Assembly: GCA_944326705.1 (NCBI GenBank)
Contig: CALVEY010000006.1
Coordinates: 1,397-65,396 of the forward strand
Origin: an uncultured Mucispirillum sp.
GTDB taxonomy: Bacteria > Chrysiogenota > Deferribacteres > Deferribacterales > Mucispirillaceae
DNA length: 64,000 nt
Direction of reading: 5' to 3'
Position 1 is the stretch's first letter; each line of letters opens with the position of its first letter. Below are positions 58,993 through 64,000 of this stretch, piece by piece. Made by a program: the position numbers and the translations under genes. The notes under the pieces are model-generated. The model saw only the letters and a program-made list of their open reading frames with translations. It was not told the origin of the DNA and did not search any database.

Positions 58993-59994
58993 CTATTTTT
59001 TTACTTCTTTGCCGTTTTCTAAAAATATAGTATTTTCAGAAATAAGTTCCTGCGGTATAGTTACTCCCAGTGCTTTAACTACATCATTATCAATAATAGT
59101 TTGTGTTTCTTTAGCACCTTTCATATATCTTGTTGGAATATCTTCTGTTTTTTTGCCATTTAATATATCTATAATCTGCTGGCCTGCAAGTCTGCCTATA
59201 ACATAGTAATCAGCACCTGCTGTGTATAAAACGCCGCCAAACTGTAAAGAAGATGATGGGTCTGCAGAAAATACAGGCAGGTTATTAGCAGAAGCAGTTG
59301 ATGTAATAGAGTTTAATGATGAGCATACATTATTATCTGTTACTACATAGAAAGCATCAACTCTGCCTATTAAGCTTTCAGCAGCCTGTTTGATTTCGCT
59401 GATATTAGTAATAGGCTGGCTTATTAATTTAATACCAAGTTTATCACATACTTCTTTTGTTACTCTGTGCATTACTACAGAGTTATCTTCTGAGCTTGTA
59501 TAAATCATACCAAGATTTTTAAAAGGCACAATAGAACGGAAAGCATTTATCTGGCTTTCAATATCTACCGCATCAGAAACACCAGTAATATTTTTGCCAC
59601 CTTTATCTTTGCTAGGAACAAGGTGAGCAGCAACAGGGTCACTTATTGCAGCAAAAACAATTGGAGTAGTCTGCAAAGTATTAAGCAGAGCGATAGCCAT
59701 TGGTGTGCCTATACCAACAGTAATATCTGCACCGTCTGATTTAAACTTATTTGCAATAGATGTTGCAATATTCATATCTGCATTTGCATTTTGAAGGTCA
59801 TAGTTTACTTTTACGCCTTTTGCTGCTAATTCATCTTGAATACCTTTTTCAACAGAATTTAATGCTGGGTGAGCAAGCAGCTTTGCAATACCTACTGTTG
59901 GAAGTTTGTCTTGAGCTGCATTTTCACTTTTTTTACAGCCTGCAATAGAAACAGCCATTAAAACTGCTGAAAACATAATAATAATTTTTTTCAT
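58993..59994 (-). CDS. ABC substrate-binding lipoprotein (paralog)
   Basis: GGAG RBS before ATG 59994; lipobox IAGC; HPAL, GIGT, ISDP, NITGVSD, EDNS, TDN. Confidence 0.9.
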   Translation of the reverse strand: MKKIIIMFSAVLMAVSIAGCKKSENAAQDKLPTVGIAKLLAHPALNSVEKGIQDELAAKGVKVNYDLQNANADMNIATSIANKFKSDGADITVGIGTPMAIALLNTLQTTPIVFAAISDPVAAHLVPSKDKGGKNITGVSDAVDIESQINAFRSIVPFKNLGMIYTSSEDNSVVMHRVTKEVCDKLGIKLISQPITNISEIKQAAESLIGRVDAFYVVTDNNVCSSLNSITSTASANNLPVFSADPSSSLQFGGVLYTAGADYYVIGRLAGQQIIDILNGKKTEDIPTRYMKGAKETQTIIDNDVVKALGVTIPQELISENTIFLENGKEVKK

Positions 59995-60021
59995 TTTTTT
60001 CTCCAAATCATTATATTATAT

Positions 60022-61020
60022 TTATTTTATTTTATTATTTTCTATTATTTTTGTATTTTCTGTAATTAATTCTTTTGGTATTTCAATATTTAAAGCCTTT
60101 GCTCTGTCCATATCTACAATAACAACTGATTCTTCAGGATATTCCATAAAAGTAACAGGCATTTCATCAGGTGATTTACCTTTTAAAATTTCTACAGCCA
60201 TTTTTCCTGTTTTTCTGCCTGCTTTATAATAATCAAAACCAATGGCATATAATATACCGCCATTTACTGCTGATGTATAGTCTTCTGAAAATATAGGTTT
60301 TTTATTATTTGCTGCAGCAGTTATTAATGCAGTTAATCCAGAAACTAAAGTGTTATCAGTTACCACATAAAAAGCATCTACCCTTGAAACAAGGCTTTCT
60401 GCTGCCATATTAACTTCTGCAGGGTTGTATATTGTAATAGGTAAGAGCTCTACTCCCATTTCTTTACATACTTCTTGAGTAGTTTTAAGCATTGTAATAG
60501 AGTTTTTTTCTGCACCATTATATATAAAGCCTAGTTTTTTAAATGGATATATAGAATGGTATATTTTTAAATGTTCCCTGATAGGCAGGGCGTCACAAAG
60601 ACCTGTTACATTATTTTTCCCTTTATCAAAGCTGTCTACAAGCCCTGCACCTATTGGGTCATTCACTGTTGCAAAAAGCACAGGTCTGTCTGTAATGCTG
60701 TTTGCAAGAGCAACTGCTGCAGGGGTTGCAATACCTATTGATAAGTCTTTTTTGTCTGATGCAAACTTAGAAGCAATAGCATTAATAATATTAGCATCAT
60801 TATTAGCATTCTGGCTGTCAATAATTACATTCATATTTTGAGCTTTCAGCTCATCAATTATTCCTTGTTCTATTTCAAGCAGAGCAGGGTGGTTATTAAT
60901 AACAGCTATCCCCACTTTAAAGGCAGATTTATTATCATTGTCTTCTGCTGCTTTTTTATTGCAGCCTGCAATTAAAATAAATATGACTAAAAACATTAGT
61001 ATATAAAGTTTACTTTTCAT
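60022..61020 (-). CDS. ABC substrate-binding lipoprotein (paralog)
   Basis: Lipobox IAGC; HPAL, GIAT, VNDP, NVTG, EKNS, TDN. Confidence 0.9.
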   Translation of the reverse strand: MKSKLYILMFLVIFILIAGCNKKAAEDNDNKSAFKVGIAVINNHPALLEIEQGIIDELKAQNMNVIIDSQNANNDANIINAIASKFASDKKDLSIGIATPAAVALANSITDRPVLFATVNDPIGAGLVDSFDKGKNNVTGLCDALPIREHLKIYHSIYPFKKLGFIYNGAEKNSITMLKTTQEVCKEMGVELLPITIYNPAEVNMAAESLVSRVDAFYVVTDNTLVSGLTALITAAANNKKPIFSEDYTSAVNGGILYAIGFDYYKAGRKTGKMAVEILKGKSPDEMPVTFMEYPEESVVIVDMDRAKALNIEIPKELITENTKIIENNKIK

Positions 61021-61145
61021 AATATATGTACCTGTTATATTAAAATCTTTGTAAGAATAACATAAAAATTTTTATTTTAAAAGATTAATTTAGATAAAAA
61101 ATAATATAAATTTGCATTATTTAAGAAAAAGAATTCAATTAATAT

Positions 61146-61174
61146 TTGACATTGCATACTCCATACTTTAATAT
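61146..61174 (+). promoter_or_regulatory. Sigma70 promoter
   Basis: TTGACA-17-TAATAT. Confidence 0.65.
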
Positions 61175-61205
61175 GGAAAGGTAGTATATTAATATGGAGC
61201 ACAAT

Positions 61206-62234
61206 ATGTTTAAAGTATATATACCAATATTTTTTCTATGTTTTTTGATACCATTTGCTGCATTTTCTGAGCCAGTATCAAAATGTTATACCTCAGACAG
61301 ATTTCTTTTAAAAACAAGTTATGATAAATCAAGTAAGCAAAAATATGGTGAAAATCATCAGCTTTTTGTATCTTACAAGCAAAGCAATGAAAAACTTTCT
61401 CTTAATGGAGAAGCTGTGTTAGATGATAAAGGACTGCTTAAAGGTATTCTTTATAAAACTGATGATATATCATTTTTTATAACCAGCAATGGTAAACAGG
61501 TTATTATTAATGATAAGGAAACAAAAAACATTAAAGAAAATGAATGTTTTTCATTTTTAGCTTCTTATGACAGCATAGCAAATGAAAAAGGCGATGTTGT
61601 ATCTATATTTTCTTATGGAAAAGATTTTAAAACAGTAAAGCTTCAAAATAAATTTCAGCCCTCTTTTGACTGTAAAACAGCAGAATTTGCAGTAGAAAAA
61701 GCAATATGTGCTAATAATGAAATATCTTATATGGATAACCTTTTTCATTCTATGAAAGAATGTTATCAGAAAAAAGCAAAAGAATTAGATGATGAAAAAA
61801 CAGTAGAAAATATTAATAAAATTGCTGATGATTTTGTTTTTTATCGTAATAATGTATACCGCTCTAATAAAGAAAATTTTACTGCACAGGAAGAAGCAGA
61901 AGTTAAAAAAGCATATTCTCTTGGCATTATGTTTCTGCCTATGACTATTGCTGCAAATGATGGTGATTTAAGAATATTAGGCAGAGATTTATTTATGTCT
62001 TACTATATGCTTTCTATGCAGGGTATAAAATATACTGGAAATTATGAAAAAGGGCTTGCTAAAAGTGAAATAGTAAAAGCAGCATTTGGCAAATATTATG
62101 ATGAAATAATGTTTTACTATTCTGGAGTGTATGATAATATGAATAACAGACTTTCAAATTTATTTTATTATACAGTGTATCTTTTAGAAGAGCATAATCT
62201 GGCAGATAAAGACGGCAGCTTTATATGTAAATAA
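61206..62234 (+). CDS. Exported protein with a central LprI-like (lysozyme inhibitor-type) domain
   Basis: GGAG RBS before ATG 61206; signal peptide; PSFDCKTA...VEKAIC. Confidence 0.65.
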   Translation: MFKVYIPIFFLCFLIPFAAFSEPVSKCYTSDRFLLKTSYDKSSKQKYGENHQLFVSYKQSNEKLSLNGEAVLDDKGLLKGILYKTDDISFFITSNGKQVIINDKETKNIKENECFSFLASYDSIANEKGDVVSIFSYGKDFKTVKLQNKFQPSFDCKTAEFAVEKAICANNEISYMDNLFHSMKECYQKKAKELDDEKTVENINKIADDFVFYRNNVYRSNKENFTAQEEAEVKKAYSLGIMFLPMTIAANDGDLRILGRDLFMSYYMLSMQGIKYTGNYEKGLAKSEIVKAAFGKYYDEIMFYYSGVYDNMNNRLSNLFYYTVYLLEEHNLADKDGSFICK

Positions 62235-62257
62235 GTAAACTTTAATTTAATAAAAAG

Positions 62258-62291
62258 AAAAGCCTTTTTGAGTAATCAAAAAGGCTTTTTT
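62258..62291. terminator. Bidirectional terminator
   Basis: AAAAGCCTTTTTGA/TCAAAAAGGCTTTT between convergent genes. Confidence 0.85.
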
Positions 62292-62317
62292 GCTGGAGGT
62301 CTATATATGATATAATA

Positions 62318-62740
62318 TTATTTAATATTAATCATTTTTTTAGGTGCTTCCTCTGGTTCTTTTTTAGGTATGGATATAGTTAAAATACCATTTTCAAAAG
62401 CAGCATGTATATCATTTTCAGATACTGCATCGCCTACATAAAAGCTTCTTGAGCAGTTGCTGCTGTATCTTTCTCTTAAAATAAATTTGCTGTCATCAGC
62501 GTTGTTTTCCACATTTCTGTTTGTGCTTACTGTTAAATAGCCGTCTTTTAATTCAGCATTGATTTCTTCTTTTTTAAACCCAGGTAAATCAATGTGGATT
62601 TCAAAGCCTTTATCATTTTCTTTAATATCTGTTCTCATTAAGTCACATTCACTTCTGCGGAATACTTTCTCCATATCTTTTGTAAAGTCATTATTAAGTA
62701 AATCTCTAAAAAGCTGGTTGTTAAAAATTACTGGTAACAT
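62318..62740 (-). CDS. Small heat shock protein Hsp20/alpha-crystallin
   Basis: RTDIKE, IDLPGFKKEEI, ERY...RSF, AAFENGILTISIPK. Confidence 0.95.
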   Translation of the reverse strand: MLPVIFNNQLFRDLLNNDFTKDMEKVFRRSECDLMRTDIKENDKGFEIHIDLPGFKKEEINAELKDGYLTVSTNRNVENNADDSKFILRERYSSNCSRSFYVGDAVSENDIHAAFENGILTISIPKKEPEEAPKKMINIK

Positions 62741-62808
62741 ATTTTATCTCCTTTTATATATAATGTTTTGTAGCTTTTTGCTTTATAAGACTAAATATAT
62801 AAAAATTA

Positions 62809-62835
62809 TTAGCACTGTCAAGTGGTGAGTGCTAA
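62809..62835. promoter_or_regulatory. CIRCE element (HrcA operator) overlapping the hsp20 -35
   Basis: Minus strand TTAGCACTC-N9-CAGTGCTAA, one mismatch to consensus; TTGACA lies inside it. Confidence 0.9.
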
Positions 62836-63166
62836 TTTTTTTAAAATTATATAACTTATTGATATATAAATATAAAATCAATATATCTAGTATAATAATT
62901 AACACTTTCATCTAATATGTTAATATAAAATATCTTTCTTACTATCTTTCCTGTCAGCATTAAAATTTAAGGCAAATTCTTGTTTAAAAATAATAAAAGT
63001 ATTTTATATAATTATTAAAATTATAAAATAAAATTATGATAAAATGTTTATAATATTTGATAAAAATATCTTGACAAATGTTGAAATTATCCTGTAATAT
63101 AAAGGAAAATTATAAAATAGAAATATGTTTTATAATTTTAAAAAATTATATCTTAAAAGGTGTTGT

Positions 63167-64000
63167 ATGGATACTGTAATGTTGGTTCTGCAGTTTATAG
63201 TTTTACTAGCTGCAATATTTTTAGGCGTTCGTCTTGGCGGTATAGCTATTGGCTATGCTGGTGGTCTTGGCGTTGTTGTTTTATCTCTTGCATTAGGTAT
63301 GGAGCCTGGAGTTATTCCCTGGGATGTTATACTTATTATTATGTCAGTAATCGCAGCTATTACTGCAATGCAGGTTGCAGGCGGGCTTGATTATCTTGTA
63401 CAGCTTGCAGAAAGAGTATTAAGGAAAAATCCAAAGCAGATTAACTACCTTGCACCAACAGTTACATATCTTTTAACTCTTTTTGCTGGAACTGGCCATA
63501 CTGCATTTTCTATGATACCAGTTATTGTTGAAGTAGCAAAAGAGCAGAATATTAAGCCATCAGCACCACTTGCACTTGCTGTCGTTTCTTCTCAGATAGC
63601 AATAACAGCTTCACCTGTAAGTGCTGCAGTTATCTTTTTAAGCGGTGTACTTGAGCCGCTAGGTGTAAGCTATCCACTTTTACTTGGAATATGTATCCCT
63701 ACAACATATTTAGGCTGTATGATAGCTGCTTTTATTATTAATAAATTCAGCAACTTAAAACTTTCTGATGACCCAGTATATCAAGAAAGACTTGCTGCAG
63801 GTCTTATTAAAAAAACATCTGAATCAGTGCAGCATAAAGAGCTTCCAAAAGGGGCAAAACTTTCTGTATTAATATTCTTAATAGGGGTTATAGCTGTTGT
63901 TATTTATGCCAGCGCTATAAGCGATGCTTTAAAATGGATAGACCCTGTTATTATGAAAAGAGACCATGCAATTATCAGTTTTATGCTTGCTATTGCAACA
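63167..64000 (+). CDS. dcuA: Anaerobic C4-dicarboxylate transporter, 5' part (runs off the window)
   Basis: Hand translation from ATG 63167: MDTVMLVLQFIVLLAAIFLGVRLGGIAIGYAGGLG...IPWDVILII...AMQVAGGLDYLV...GTGH...SQIAITASPVSAA; not in the ORF track because no stop lies in the window. Confidence 0.92.
   Translation, partial: MDTVMLVLQFIVLLAAIFLGVRLGGIAIGYAGGLGVVVLSLALGMEPGVIPWDVILIIMSVIAAITAMQVAGGLDYLVQLAERVLRKNPKQINYLAPTVTYLLTLFAGTGHTAFSMIPVIVEVAKEQNIKPSAPLALAVVSSQIAITASPVSAAVIFLSGVLEPLGVSYPLLLGICIPTTYLGCMIAAFIINKFSNLKLSDDPVYQERLAAGLIKKTSESVQHKELPKGAKLSVLIFLIGVIAVVIYASAISDALKWIDPVIMKRDHAIISFMLAIAT

Noticed and set aside
627-62828. Short overlapping or antisense ORFs in the track (e.g. 2421-2876, 6899-7219, 22450-22698, 30566-30952, 37366-37743, 42010-42399, 50000-50326, 56898-57494)
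   Set aside because: Shadow frames of well-supported genes, with no recognisable motifs
63160-63390. 76-aa ORF from the track
   Set aside because: Alternative frame over dcuA, which starts at 63167 with an RBS
1-64000. tRNA, rRNA or known riboswitch
   Set aside because: No cloverleaf, rRNA signature or recognisable aptamer seen by eye; tRNAscan-SE and cmscan would be decisive

Overview
AT-rich bacterial chromosome segment (about 30% GC by eye). The gene style suggests a gut Deferribacterota such as Mucispirillum; this is inference. 1-9.6 kb is a defence island: a Dam-family N6-adenine methyltransferase convergent with an ABC-type ATPase-TOPRIM gene, a complete type I R-M system (hsdR-M-S), a membrane-anchored NERD nuclease and a secreted thermonuclease. 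9.8-27.9 kb is mostly exported or envelope genes: TolC, a NapC/NirT-type multiheme cytochrome c, ankyrin, Sel1 and GNAT proteins, an atypical M23 peptidase followed by two putative immunity proteins, and a terminator-bounded spanin-spanin-holin-M15 endolysin cassette with no other phage genes. 28.4-45.6 kb is the dcw cluster (mraZ to ftsZ, no murB) plus a GT4 gene. 45.7-46.6 kb is a tandem 450-bp non-coding repeat with strongly covarying hairpins. The remainder holds two MATE pumps, tkt, rlmB, rlmH, dksA, a lipoprotein metallopeptidase, two metallophosphoesterases, a candidate sRNA, three tandem ABC substrate-binding lipoproteins, hsp20 with a CIRCE element, and the 5' part of dcuA. The strongest leads are the orphan lysis cassette (type 10 secretion-like), the covarying repeat hairpins, the Dam + ATPase-TOPRIM pair and a near-total absence of GATC. 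I saw no rRNA, tRNA, CRISPR array, integrase or transposase. All calls come from motifs read by eye; no database searches were run.
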